Shown here: positions 1 through 9,305 of the stretch, in pieces
How positions within the stretch are numbered: position 1 is the first letter of the stretch
Layout of the letters: every line of letters begins with the position of its first letter
Assembly (NCBI GenBank): GCA_937899065.1
Contig: CALBPG010000074.1
Span: forward strand, 7,612 to 71,611
DNA from: an uncultured Allomuricauda sp.
GTDB taxonomy: Bacteria > Bacteroidota > Bacteroidia > Flavobacteriales > Flavobacteriaceae
Length of the DNA stretch: 64,000 nucleotides
Direction of reading: 5' to 3'
The notes under the pieces: generated by a model
Told to the model about the DNA's origin: nothing
Seen by the model: the letters and a program-made list of their open reading frames with translations, nothing else
Database searches by the model: none
Translations under genes and position numbers: made by a program

Positions 1-20
1 AGATTACGATTGATTGAAGC

Positions 21-1082
21 ATGATACAGACAGATATTCTGATAATTGGCGCTGGACCCACTGGACTTTTCACTGTATTTGAAGCAGGGCTTTTGAAACT
101 AAAATGTCACTTGATTGACGCTTTGCCACAGCCAGGAGGGCAGTGCTCGGAGATTTACCCCAAAAAACCTATCTACGACATTCCAGCCTACCCCGAAATC
201 TTGGCAGGCGATCTTGTAGATCGCTTAATGGAACAAATCAAACCATTTGAACCAGGATTTACCCTAGGGGAACGTGCTGAAGATTTAATACGAAATGAGG
301 ACGGAAGTTTTATCGTCACCACTAATAAAGGTACGGAGCACCATGCCAAAGTAGTCGTTATAGCGGGAGGCTTGGGTTCTTTTGAACCTCGAAAACCCTT
401 AATTCCTAATTTATCGGACTTTGAAAATCGTGGAGTTGCTTACATGATTAAGGACCCTGAAATCTACAGGGATAAAAAAGTAGTCATTGCTGGGGGTGGT
501 GATAGTGCTTTGGACTGGGCTATTTTTCTCGCTGATGTAGCTAGTGACGTTTCATTAGTGCATCGACGGAATGAATTTAGGGGCGCTTTGGATTCTGTAG
601 AAAAAGCCTCCGAATTTGCAAAGCTTGGAAAAATACAATTGTTTACCGAAGCCGAAGTCAAAGCCTTGGAAGGCAAAGACGATTTGGAAGCGGTGGTGAT
701 TCATCCCAACCAGCCGGAATCTGAACCCATTTTGGTGGAGACGGATTATTTCATTCCCCTGTTTGGACTTTCCCCAAAATTGGGCCCTATTGCTTCATGG
801 GGCTTAGAAATAGAAAAAAATGCCATCAAGGTCAATAATGCCAAAGATTACCAGACTAATATTCCTGGTGTATTTGCCATAGGCGACGTCAATACATACG
901 AAGGAAAATTGAAGTTGATTTTATCTGGTTTTCATGAAGCGGCAGTGATGTGCCAATATGCGTATCAGATTATCAATCCTGGAAAGCGTTATGTGATGAA
1001 GTATACCACTGTGGGTGGTGTAGAAGGCTTTGACGGCAGTAAAAAAGAAGCCAAAAAAGAAGTGATTCGAAGTATCAACTAA
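21..1082 (+). CDS. Thioredoxin-reductase-like ferredoxin/flavodoxin--NADP+ reductase (YumC type)
   Basis: FAD motif IIGAGPTG, GGQCSEIYPKKPIYDIP, NADPH motif IAGGGDSALDW plus HRRNEF, AIGD; no CxxC redox pair. Confidence 0.85.
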   Translation: MIQTDILIIGAGPTGLFTVFEAGLLKLKCHLIDALPQPGGQCSEIYPKKPIYDIPAYPEILAGDLVDRLMEQIKPFEPGFTLGERAEDLIRNEDGSFIVTTNKGTEHHAKVVVIAGGLGSFEPRKPLIPNLSDFENRGVAYMIKDPEIYRDKKVVIAGGGDSALDWAIFLADVASDVSLVHRRNEFRGALDSVEKASEFAKLGKIQLFTEAEVKALEGKDDLEAVVIHPNQPESEPILVETDYFIPLFGLSPKLGPIASWGLEIEKNAIKVNNAKDYQTNIPGVFAIGDVNTYEGKLKLILSGFHEAAVMCQYAYQIINPGKRYVMKYTTVGGVEGFDGSKKEAKKEVIRSIN

Positions 1083-1121
1083 GCTTTAGGTGACTTCACA
1101 GCGTCAATTCAAAGAGGCGTT

Positions 1122-1129
1122 TACCTTTG
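1122..1129 (+). promoter_or_regulatory. Bacteroidota sigma70 -7 element (TACCTTTG)
   Basis: Matches TAnnTTTG just upstream of the ATG at 1134; identical copy at 2875. Confidence 0.5.
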
Positions 1130-1133
1130 CATT

Positions 1134-2873
1134 ATGTTAAAACAGTACTTGCCCATACTGCAGTGGTTGTCCACGTATCGTTCTTCGTATATAAAAGGAG
1201 ATTTGGCGGCAGGTTTTACCGTTGGGGTAATGTTGGTGCCACAAGCGATGGCATATGCGCTGATTGCTGGTTTACCTCCCGTATATGGACTCTACGCCGC
1301 TTTGGTTCCAACGCTATTGTACGGGGTGTTTGGCTCTAGCCGTAAACTCGCAGTAGGTCCAGTGGCCTTGGATTCCTTAATCGTTGCCTCCGGTTTGGCA
1401 TCTTTACAACTTGCGACTACCGCACAGTATATTGAAATGGCCATCTTTTTAGCCCTTTTTGTAGGAACCTTGCAATTGTTGATGGGTTTCGCAAAAATGG
1501 GTTTTTTAGCCAACTATTTATCCAGACCTGTTGTCAGTGGTTTTACTTCCGCGGCCGCCATTGTGATTTCGGTGAGCCAGTTAAAATATCTTATCGGAAT
1601 TCCTATTGAAAGCGGAAGTGGAACGCTCAAAACCTTGAATCAACTATTTCAAAATTTGGGTCAGACCAATCTTTTTGATTTGGGCATTGGGCTTACCGCG
1701 ATTCTCATCATTGTTTTGCTTAAAAAACGAAGCAGAAAGTTACCTGGCGCTGTTTTCGTAGTAACCTTTTCCATTTTAGGGGTTTATTTTTTTGAAGAAT
1801 ACCATTCTTCTCTATCTCTTGTAGGTAGTATCCCTGGGGGTCTTCCTTCTTTTCATTTGGCATTACCGGAGTTGAATCAATGGGGTTCGGTGTTTCCCTT
1901 GGCTTTGGCGCTGGCGTTTATCGCGTTTGCTGAAGCAATGACCATGGTAAAAGCATTGGAAGACAAAGCTCAAACCCGATATACCCAACCCAATCAAGAA
2001 CTTCGAGCGTTGGGAATTTCCAATATTATTGGGTCACTTTTTCAAGCCTATCCCACAAACGCTAGTTTTTCTCGTTCAGCCATAATGGTAGACGAAGGCG
2101 CTCGGTCTGGTTTGGCTTCTATTATCAGTGCTTTGGTGGTAGGTGCTACTTTGCTCTTTTTTACAGACTTCTTTCAGTACTTGCCCAATGCCGTGCTCGG
2201 GGCTAGCATTTTGGTCGCCGTTTACGGATTGATAGATTTCAAATATCCTGTGGAGCTTTGGCAAAGGCAACGTGATGAATTTGGCGTATTGGCTTTAACG
2301 TTTCTCACCACCTTATTGATAGGAATTTCAGAAGGAATCATTTTTGGGGTATTATTTTCTTTGTTGCTTTTGGTATACCGAACCTCAAAACCCCATGTCG
2401 CCGTATTGGGAAAGATAAAGGGAACCAACTACTTCAAAAACGTATCGCGCTTTTCAGAAGATATTCAAGTGGATGATGATATGCTAATTGTGCGGTTTGA
2501 CGGACAATTGTACTTCGCCAATATGGACTACTTCAAAAAAACACTCTATGACAATGTTTCTAAAAAAGGAAAGGCATTGAAAAGTGTCGTATTAAACGCA
2601 GAATCCATCAACTATATGGATAGTAGTGCAACTACCATGTTGCATCAAATCATTTCAGACTTGAAAGAAAAGGATATTGACATTTACATCGCAGGGGCAA
2701 TTGGTCCGGTGCGAGATATTCTGCACACTAGCGGTTTGAATGAAGCCATAGGCGAGGATAACTTTTTTGTAAGGACAAACGAAGCGGTGGATTTTTGTTT
2801 GAACAAAGGTCCGCGTACGCAAATTCAAAAGAAGATTTCAGGACAATCCCGGAAGTTTTCTGCCAAGGGATAA
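1134..2873 (+). CDS. SulP/SLC26 family anion permease with C-terminal STAS domain
   Basis: GDLAAGFTVGVMLVPQAMAYA, GLPPVYGLY, FGSSRKLAVGP, NQELRALG, STAS region RFDGQLYFAN...NYMDSSA. Confidence 0.95.
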   Translation: MLKQYLPILQWLSTYRSSYIKGDLAAGFTVGVMLVPQAMAYALIAGLPPVYGLYAALVPTLLYGVFGSSRKLAVGPVALDSLIVASGLASLQLATTAQYIEMAIFLALFVGTLQLLMGFAKMGFLANYLSRPVVSGFTSAAAIVISVSQLKYLIGIPIESGSGTLKTLNQLFQNLGQTNLFDLGIGLTAILIIVLLKKRSRKLPGAVFVVTFSILGVYFFEEYHSSLSLVGSIPGGLPSFHLALPELNQWGSVFPLALALAFIAFAEAMTMVKALEDKAQTRYTQPNQELRALGISNIIGSLFQAYPTNASFSRSAIMVDEGARSGLASIISALVVGATLLFFTDFFQYLPNAVLGASILVAVYGLIDFKYPVELWQRQRDEFGVLALTFLTTLLIGISEGIIFGVLFSLLLLVYRTSKPHVAVLGKIKGTNYFKNVSRFSEDIQVDDDMLIVRFDGQLYFANMDYFKKTLYDNVSKKGKALKSVVLNAESINYMDSSATTMLHQIISDLKEKDIDIYIAGAIGPVRDILHTSGLNEAIGEDNFFVRTNEAVDFCLNKGPRTQIQKKISGQSRKFSAKG

Positions 2874-2874
2874 G

Positions 2875-2882
2875 TACCTTTG
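2875..2882 (+). promoter_or_regulatory. Bacteroidota sigma70 -7 element (TACCTTTG)
   Basis: TAnnTTTG match 30 nt upstream of the ATG at 2913. Confidence 0.5.
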
Positions 2883-2912
2883 TAAAGAGATGTTGAACAT
2901 GAATTTTGGGAC

Positions 2913-4325
2913 ATGAATATTGAACAAATTTATACCGGATGTTTGGCGCAAGGCGCATATTATATTGAAAGTGAAGGAGAAGTAGCCATTATTGATCCTT
3001 TGCGCGAAACCGAACCATATTTGGCGCGTGCTGAAAAAGATAACGCGACGATAAAGTACATTTTTGAGACCCACTTTCATGCAGACTTTGTCAGTGGACA
3101 CGTAACCCTTTCCAAACAAACCGGAGCTCCTATTATTTATGGCCCCAATGCCAATCCAAGTTTTGATGCCATTATCGCCGAGGACGGCCAGGAATTCAAA
3201 ATCGGGAATATCACTATAGTGGTATTGCATACCCCGGGGCACACCATGGAAAGTACTACGTATTTGCTGAGAGATGAAAACGGTAAAGACCATGCTATCT
3301 TCAGTGGTGACACTTTGTTTTTGGGTGACGTTGGAAGACCTGATTTGGCACAAAAGGCGAATGATATTACACAAGAAGATTTAGCGGGTATTTTGTACGA
3401 TAGTTTGCGCAATAAGGTAATGCCGCTTGAGGACGATGTAATTGTTTATCCGGCACACGGAGCTGGTTCTGCTTGTGGAAAGAACATGATGAAGGAAACA
3501 GTAGATACCTTGGGCAACCAGAAAAAAATGAACTATGCCCTTCGGGCAGATATGTCCCGCGAAGAATTTATCGCGGAAGTAACGGATGGATTGCTTCCAC
3601 CACCCCAGTATTTTCCATTGAACGTGAAAATGAACAAGGAGGGCTACGATGATATTGATGCGGTTCTGGAAAGAGGTACTGTAGGCATGAATCCGGAAGA
3701 GTTTGAAGCGGCTGCTAATTCACTTGGTGCTTTGGTCTTGGATGTTCGACATCAGGAGGATTTCGCCCAAGGGCATGTACCGCGCTCTATTTTTATCGGC
3801 TTGAACGGTAGTTTTGCTCCATGGGTGGGTGCGTTGATTGCCGATGTAAAACAACCCCTGTTGCTAGTAACTCCTGAAGGAAAAGAAGAAGAAGCCATTA
3901 CGCGTCTATCTCGTGTTGGGTTCGATGGCACTATTGGTTATTTGAAAGGTGGTACGAGCGCTTGGAAAGCTTCGGGAAGAGAGTTGGATACGGTAAAAAG
4001 CATTACTGCTGAAACCTTTAAGACCATTTTGGGACAAGATGCTGAAACTAAGGTATACGATGTACGTAAGGAAAGTGAATACAGCGCTGAACACATTGAT
4101 GGCGCAACCCTTACTCCTTTAGATTATTTAAATGATTACCTCGGGGAATATGGAGAAGAAGGAACCTCTTACGTCCATTGTGCAGGAGGGTATCGGAGTA
4201 TGATTGCTGCCTCTATTCTTAAAAGTCGCGGAATCCATAATTTGGTAGATATTGCTGGCGGTTTTGCGGCCATTAAGGCATCTGGCATTCCTGTCACGGA
4301 CTTTGTTTGTTCGTCTACAAAATAA
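2913..4325 (+). CDS. MBL-fold persulfide dioxygenase (ETHE1/CstB-like) fused to two rhodanese domains
   Basis: ETHFHADFVSG, HTPGHT, SGDTLF..DVGRPDL, PAHGAGSACG; rhodanese DVR..E...H, active loop HCAGGYRS. Confidence 0.9.
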   Translation: MNIEQIYTGCLAQGAYYIESEGEVAIIDPLRETEPYLARAEKDNATIKYIFETHFHADFVSGHVTLSKQTGAPIIYGPNANPSFDAIIAEDGQEFKIGNITIVVLHTPGHTMESTTYLLRDENGKDHAIFSGDTLFLGDVGRPDLAQKANDITQEDLAGILYDSLRNKVMPLEDDVIVYPAHGAGSACGKNMMKETVDTLGNQKKMNYALRADMSREEFIAEVTDGLLPPPQYFPLNVKMNKEGYDDIDAVLERGTVGMNPEEFEAAANSLGALVLDVRHQEDFAQGHVPRSIFIGLNGSFAPWVGALIADVKQPLLLVTPEGKEEEAITRLSRVGFDGTIGYLKGGTSAWKASGRELDTVKSITAETFKTILGQDAETKVYDVRKESEYSAEHIDGATLTPLDYLNDYLGEYGEEGTSYVHCAGGYRSMIAASILKSRGIHNLVDIAGGFAAIKASGIPVTDFVCSSTK

Positions 4326-4477
4326 GCGTTCGTCCCAGATTCTGTAAGGTATACCGATTTGTGCACAATATCCGGTAGACAAAAACCGTTTCTGTCCTGA
4401 TGACAGGGGCAATTTTCTCACCTCGGTTATCCTTTAGGGGATAAACAGTTTGCCTCTTAAGAACCAACCAACGTTTT

Positions 4478-4879
4478 ATGTCAATGACCGTCTGTATAAT
4501 TGATGATGATTTGGTATCGCAATTCGCTACGCGATACTGCATCCAGCAATTCAATAAAGACTTTGATATCGTAACCTGCACTAGCGGGGAAGAAGGCTTG
4601 TACTTTTGCGCCAACCTTTTGGAAAACGAACATCGCTTACCTGACGTCATCCTTTTGGATTTGATTATGGACGAAATGGATGGTTGGACGTTTTTGGAAA
4701 ATTACAGGGAAGCTTTCCAAAGTTACCAATCTACTCAAATTTTTATCCTTTCTGCTTTTGTAAATACGAAAGACCGCAGCCGCGCGAAAGAAAACAATAT
4801 GATTTCGGGCTATTTTGACAAGCCGCTATCCAAAAGTTTGATGCAGCAAATTTTCCATACTTCAGAAGAAAAACACTAG
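4478..4879 (+). CDS. Single-domain response regulator (receiver only)
   Basis: IIDDD acidic pocket, VILLDLIM phospho-Asp, DGWTFL, ILSA, FDKP; no output domain. Confidence 0.9.
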   Translation: MSMTVCIIDDDLVSQFATRYCIQQFNKDFDIVTCTSGEEGLYFCANLLENEHRLPDVILLDLIMDEMDGWTFLENYREAFQSYQSTQIFILSAFVNTKDRSRAKENNMISGYFDKPLSKSLMQQIFHTSEEKH

Positions 4880-4996
4880 GAGCCTCCATAAAATGAAGGG
4901 CTCTTGCGGAAGTAAAGGAAGTATTAAATTGAATTTATTCAGTATTTTAAGGAATAAAACCAAGAAAAAACTTTCTTTTTAAACCTTACTTTCCCC

Positions 4997-6622
4997 ATGT
5001 TTCGTTCCATTTTTCCCAAGTCATTTTCGCTTTTTGTGAAACCAATCTGTGCGTTTTTGCTAATTGTTGTCGTTTTCGCCTGTAGTTCTGATAACAATGG
5101 TGAAAACAATCCGCCTCAAAGTATGCCAGAAGTAGATATTGTTCCTCCTGCTGTCACGTTTACTGGATTAGAAGCAAATTTGGAAGTGTTGACAACCATA
5201 AATGTGTCTATTCAAGATGCTTCGGACGATGTCAATACAACAATCTCAGTAAACAACGATGAGATTTTCAGTAGCACAGCCAAATCCTTTTCATTCGAAC
5301 TCAACCCATTTGATTACCCAACAGGTGAAAATACCTTATCCGTACTTTCCGTAGATGGCGATGACAATAGAAGGGAATTCAATCAAACCTTTGAAGTGGA
5401 AAAACTATTGGCGCGAATTGCGGCACCTGTAATCGCAGATGCACAAGAGGTGTATTTTTCTGCAAATATTATGAACGGGGAACTTGTCGCATTCGCCAAA
5501 GCAACCCAACGCGCTGAAAATATATCGCTTTACGCTGAAGATGGCTTTTTGCCTCAGGAAATTGTGATTACATCATACATTCTAGAGCCAGCAGCGGAAT
5601 TGAAAGTAAGGCTGTTTTCGCTTGCGAACATTCAACCTGGAACGGATTTGACTCCATTTCAGGAAATAAATGGGGTAGAAACCGAAAACAATGCCAGCCA
5701 ATCACCCTTAACGGAGTCGTTTGATTTGGAAGTCACGGGGATACCTACGGAGGATATTGCCAATTCATTTCATGCCATTGGTGATGATTACTTTAATTCT
5801 ACAATCAATGCCACAGACCAAGGTGGAACTTTCGATACTGCGCTTAACATTGGCAATTTACCTAATACAGATGATGTTGTGGTATACACTTCGAACTTAA
5901 GGGAAGTGGAAGATTTGGTTGATGTGAACGATTATCGATACCTACCATTGGGAAGTGATGAGCTAGTCAATGCTATGGTTCCTTACACTAGTTTTAAGCA
6001 GGCGAGGAGCGTTGAACAAACAACAATTCCAGCCAATACCACCTCTTACTTCCATACCCTGTATGGTTTTTTGGACCAACAGGCTTTTGAGAATCGGGAG
6101 TACAGCTTTCTGTTCGATTCTTCACCGAGCAATACTGGCAACACCTTTTCTTTCTTCGAAACCCCGGTCATAGAAGAGTATGATATTGTGCGCAACGAAA
6201 TCAACATGACATTTGATAATGGCAATTCGCTGCTTGCATCAACTATTGGTATTCAAAATAATATTGAAGTGCCCAATTGGGACGCTTCGCTGAATGGCGA
6301 TACGGTAACGATGTCAGGGGAATTTGATACATACACGCTTCGGCTGTTCGCCAACCCCGTCAATTCGTATACTTGGGAATATACTGCACCACGGCAAGAG
6401 AATTTGGTTTTACCCTTTGACACTTTTGAATTCCCACAGGAATTCATGGATTACGCTACTGCCCAAAGCTTAGACTTAAATGCGATTAACACCAGTACCA
6501 CTAAAGAGATTCTACTCTTTGATGCCTCTGGTGATGTGCCGTATGAGCAGTTGTTGTTTGCGAATTTTATCTATACCGACCGACTCGGCAATGTTTTGGA
6601 ATACACCCTTGATTTAGACTAA
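4997..6622 (+). CDS. Lipoprotein with N-terminal Ig-like domain, paralog of 26359-27927
   Basis: Lipobox VVFA-C followed by acidic SSDNN; DIVPPAVTF...NPFDYPTGENTLSV..D Ig-like pattern. Confidence 0.7.
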   Translation: MFRSIFPKSFSLFVKPICAFLLIVVVFACSSDNNGENNPPQSMPEVDIVPPAVTFTGLEANLEVLTTINVSIQDASDDVNTTISVNNDEIFSSTAKSFSFELNPFDYPTGENTLSVLSVDGDDNRREFNQTFEVEKLLARIAAPVIADAQEVYFSANIMNGELVAFAKATQRAENISLYAEDGFLPQEIVITSYILEPAAELKVRLFSLANIQPGTDLTPFQEINGVETENNASQSPLTESFDLEVTGIPTEDIANSFHAIGDDYFNSTINATDQGGTFDTALNIGNLPNTDDVVVYTSNLREVEDLVDVNDYRYLPLGSDELVNAMVPYTSFKQARSVEQTTIPANTTSYFHTLYGFLDQQAFENREYSFLFDSSPSNTGNTFSFFETPVIEEYDIVRNEINMTFDNGNSLLASTIGIQNNIEVPNWDASLNGDTVTMSGEFDTYTLRLFANPVNSYTWEYTAPRQENLVLPFDTFEFPQEFMDYATAQSLDLNAINTSTTKEILLFDASGDVPYEQLLFANFIYTDRLGNVLEYTLDLD

Positions 6623-6673
6623 CGGAAAATAGTACTTTAGCGCTTCTTGGCACAGTTTGAATATAATCAGAAA

Positions 6674-6780
6674 CAAGCCTGCAGCTGAGTATATTGGCCT
6701 CATAGTTCAAGGGATAGAATAGAAGTTTCCTAAACTTTAGATCCAGGTTCGAGTCCTGGTGAGGCCACTAGGCAGGCTTG
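6674..6780. repeat. 9-bp inverted repeat enclosing the tRNA (CAAGCCTGC 6674-6682 / GCAGGCTTG 6772-6780)
   Basis: Exact reverse complements read directly from the sequence. Confidence 0.75.
6696..6767 (+). tRNA. tRNA-Arg(CCT)
   Basis: Acceptor GGCCTCA/TGAGGCC+A, anticodon arm GAAGT-TTCCTAA-ACTTT, T-loop GGTTCGAGTCC; CCA not encoded. Confidence 0.95.
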
Positions 6781-6797
6781 CTTTGCTTCATAATAAT

Positions 6798-7835
6798 TTA
6801 AAGGCGCCCAAGGATTTCAGGCCCAATGTCGAAGGTTTTTCCAATAAGTCCCATCACTATTTTTCTGCCGTTATCCCCATTGGTGAGGGCAACCAATCCC
6901 CGTTTTGATTCTGGTAAAAGCAAGATGATGGCATTTACCCCTTTATCACTTCCAGCTCCCAATAAGGCATATTCGTTATTCGAAAGGTTTTCAAAAACAA
7001 CCCAACCTAATCCTATCCCCACACCCTCTTTTACTGGTGATTTTGGAGTAATCATTTGCTGATATAATTCAAGGGAGATACCGTCTAGTTTCATGATTCC
7101 CTTGCCGAACAGAGCCAAATCTTTCGCAGTAATCAATAAATTGTCTGCGGCACTAGCCTTTTTTCGTTCTTCAATATCAAACGCGTAGGGTTCTCCTTCG
7201 GCGTTGTGGGCAATGGTGACTTGGTTAATATCAATTTTGGAATCCCAAATCACATGGGCGTTTTGCATCCCAAAGGGTTCAAAAACCCATTGGTCAACCA
7301 AAGCTTGAAAGGTAGTCTCAAACTTGTTTTCCAGGGCCTTTTTTAAGTATTCGAATCCTTCACCGGAGTATTGCACTTTTGTCCCAGGCTCAAAATCAAA
7401 AGCAAGCTTTTTATCAGGGTTCATCCAACGCCAATTCTTGAATCCGGTTTTGTGCCCCAAGATGTGACGAGCTGTTAATAATTTGGCGTATGGATCATCT
7501 TTAAGGTCTGGGTCAACCCAATAAGGGTACAAAGGTTCGTCCAAATCGAACAATCCTTTATTCACAAGCTTTAAGGTCAACCATGAGGTTATGTTTTTGG
7601 CAATGGAAGCAGTATCGAAAAAAGCATCATCTGTGGCTACGGTATTGGCTTTGGTTTCTCCTAGTACAAAAGCATTGGTAATGGTTCCATTTTCTATGGT
7701 GCCAATGCCCAAGGCAGGTACATTGCTTTCGACAATCATAGCGTTCAACTCATCCTTTGAAGGCAAGGAAATCTTGTTTTGGCCCATACCGAAAGTAAAG
7801 GTGGAAAGTGTAAGAGAAATTAAAATTCGTTTCAT
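6798..7835 (-). CDS. Secreted serine hydrolase (class C beta-lactamase/S12 family)
   Basis: Signal peptide, SxxK (TASIAK), LGHKTGF, FEPGTKVQYSGEGF. Confidence 0.85.
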   Translation of the reverse strand: MKRILISLTLSTFTFGMGQNKISLPSKDELNAMIVESNVPALGIGTIENGTITNAFVLGETKANTVATDDAFFDTASIAKNITSWLTLKLVNKGLFDLDEPLYPYWVDPDLKDDPYAKLLTARHILGHKTGFKNWRWMNPDKKLAFDFEPGTKVQYSGEGFEYLKKALENKFETTFQALVDQWVFEPFGMQNAHVIWDSKIDINQVTIAHNAEGEPYAFDIEERKKASAADNLLITAKDLALFGKGIMKLDGISLELYQQMITPKSPVKEGVGIGLGWVVFENLSNNEYALLGAGSDKGVNAIILLLPESKRGLVALTNGDNGRKIVMGLIGKTFDIGPEILGRL

Positions 7836-7940
7836 CGTTTTTGGTTTTTTCGGATGACGATGAACTGTAAAAATTGTTATGGACTTAACTTTTATGGAGC
7901 AGAACTATGGGCGATAGGAGTATCAGTAAAATCTTGGGGA

Positions 7941-9200
7941 CTACTCAAAAGAGTCTATGTATTCCAAACCTGAGGCATTGCGCAAGGACAAAGATTTGAC
8001 TTTGCCCAAGCCTTCAAAATTAAAGGCAATGCCCACTAAGGGTCTTTCCATAGGAGGTTTTTGATAGGTGAAAGCGGTTTCACCGTTAACGGTGATGCGC
8101 ATTCCTTTAGGATGAGATATTATTTGAAGTTGAGCCAAAACGTTTTTTACGTCAAAGTCAATCCCAAATTTGGACAGGTCGTTGGTTTTGCCATCGATCC
8201 GTTCATCAAAAGCCAACAAAGAGAGTTCGGAAGAACATCCTTTTAGGGAGAGAGGAACAACCAAGGCCCCACCTTCATACAAGAGAGCAATCCTAACATT
8301 ACGGCAAATGTTAAAGCCATCCTTGGAAATATTGGTCAGTTGCGTTTCCAACTCAAAATCGTTGGTATAAAATTCTGGAAAGCTCCCAACTTTGTAAAAT
8401 CCGATCCAATACCGTTCTTTTTCGGAACCCAGTTTATACTTTTCAATGGCCCGTTGGGAAAGCTGTAATCTTCCTTCCTCCTTGTATTCTGAAGGTTCCA
8501 AGTAAACCGGAGAAGGTGTGTCTTCGATAACGCCCAACCATGCGTTGTTTTTGATGACCACATCGGTTTCTGCATAAATTGAATCATTGATAACCAATTT
8601 GGCTTCAAAAAAACCGGGTTTGTAATAAATACTGGTCGCTACGGTATCCAATCGATTGACCGTAAAACGTTTCCTTCTGTCCCAATCTTGTTGTATTTCT
8701 ACTTTCGCACCTTCAGGGATTTGGGTCACATCGTAGGTAAACACTACCGAATTGGGCAACCCTGTACTCACTACCTGCCCTTGAAAGACTGGATTATCGT
8801 CTAGTACCACGGGTTCTGAATCTTTAGAGATTTGAAAGCCGAATGCCACAGCAGCAATAAGTACAATTACAACTCCAAACCAAAGTACATTTTTGGAAAC
8901 CGAAGCGGTAGGTTGTTTAGTTGCTACAGGATTTTGTTGTTTTTCAAAATCCCGCCAATCAGCAGCACCAACGAATTTCGCCAACGCATTCAAAGTGGAT
9001 TGGTTTGGGGTAGAACTATGGTTGACTTTTTCCCATATCCGTTTAAGGGTTGAAACACTTAAAAGGACTCCTGTTTCTTGATGGATGGCCTCGGATAAAC
9101 GATTGAAATCATTTGTAGTCCAGTGCGTAGAAGAGCCTTGCGAGAACTTGGTCTCAATGCTCTGTTTGCAAGCTTCAAGATGTGCGGTGTCGAATCGCAT
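7941..9200 (-). CDS. Putative membrane-anchored one-component regulator (N-terminal helical/HTH-like domain, single TM, extracytoplasmic beta domains)
   Basis: N-terminal DFNRLSEAIHQETGVLLSVSTLKRIW..P..STLNALAKF; TM VLWFGVVIVLIAAVAFGFQI; PKD-like YYKPGFFEAKLVIN. Confidence 0.6.
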   Translation of the reverse strand: MRFDTAHLEACKQSIETKFSQGSSTHWTTNDFNRLSEAIHQETGVLLSVSTLKRIWEKVNHSSTPNQSTLNALAKFVGAADWRDFEKQQNPVATKQPTASVSKNVLWFGVVIVLIAAVAFGFQISKDSEPVVLDDNPVFQGQVVSTGLPNSVVFTYDVTQIPEGAKVEIQQDWDRRKRFTVNRLDTVATSIYYKPGFFEAKLVINDSIYAETDVVIKNNAWLGVIEDTPSPVYLEPSEYKEEGRLQLSQRAIEKYKLGSEKERYWIGFYKVGSFPEFYTNDFELETQLTNISKDGFNICRNVRIALLYEGGALVVPLSLKGCSSELSLLAFDERIDGKTNDLSKFGIDFDVKNVLAQLQIISHPKGMRITVNGETAFTYQKPPMERPLVGIAFNFEGLGKVKSLSLRNASGLEYIDSFE

Positions 9201-9220
9201 AACGGGTAATTTTTTAAAAA

Positions 9221-9246
9221 TGAACAGAGATGAATAACAATAAACA
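9221..9246. promoter_or_regulatory. Three direct hexamer repeats at 10-bp period (TGAACA/TGAATA/TAAACA)
   Basis: Read at 9221, 9231 and 9241 in the divergent intergenic region. Confidence 0.5.
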
Positions 9247-9305
9247 GTAATTCTTCACCCCTAAACCTGCACTCCCGCTAAATTAGGACAATTAAAATTC
9301 CAATC

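Noticed and set aside
4394-4450. CTGATGA followed by hairpins, suggesting a hammerhead ribozyme or riboswitch
   Set aside because: No stem II closed by GAAA and no recognisable aptamer core
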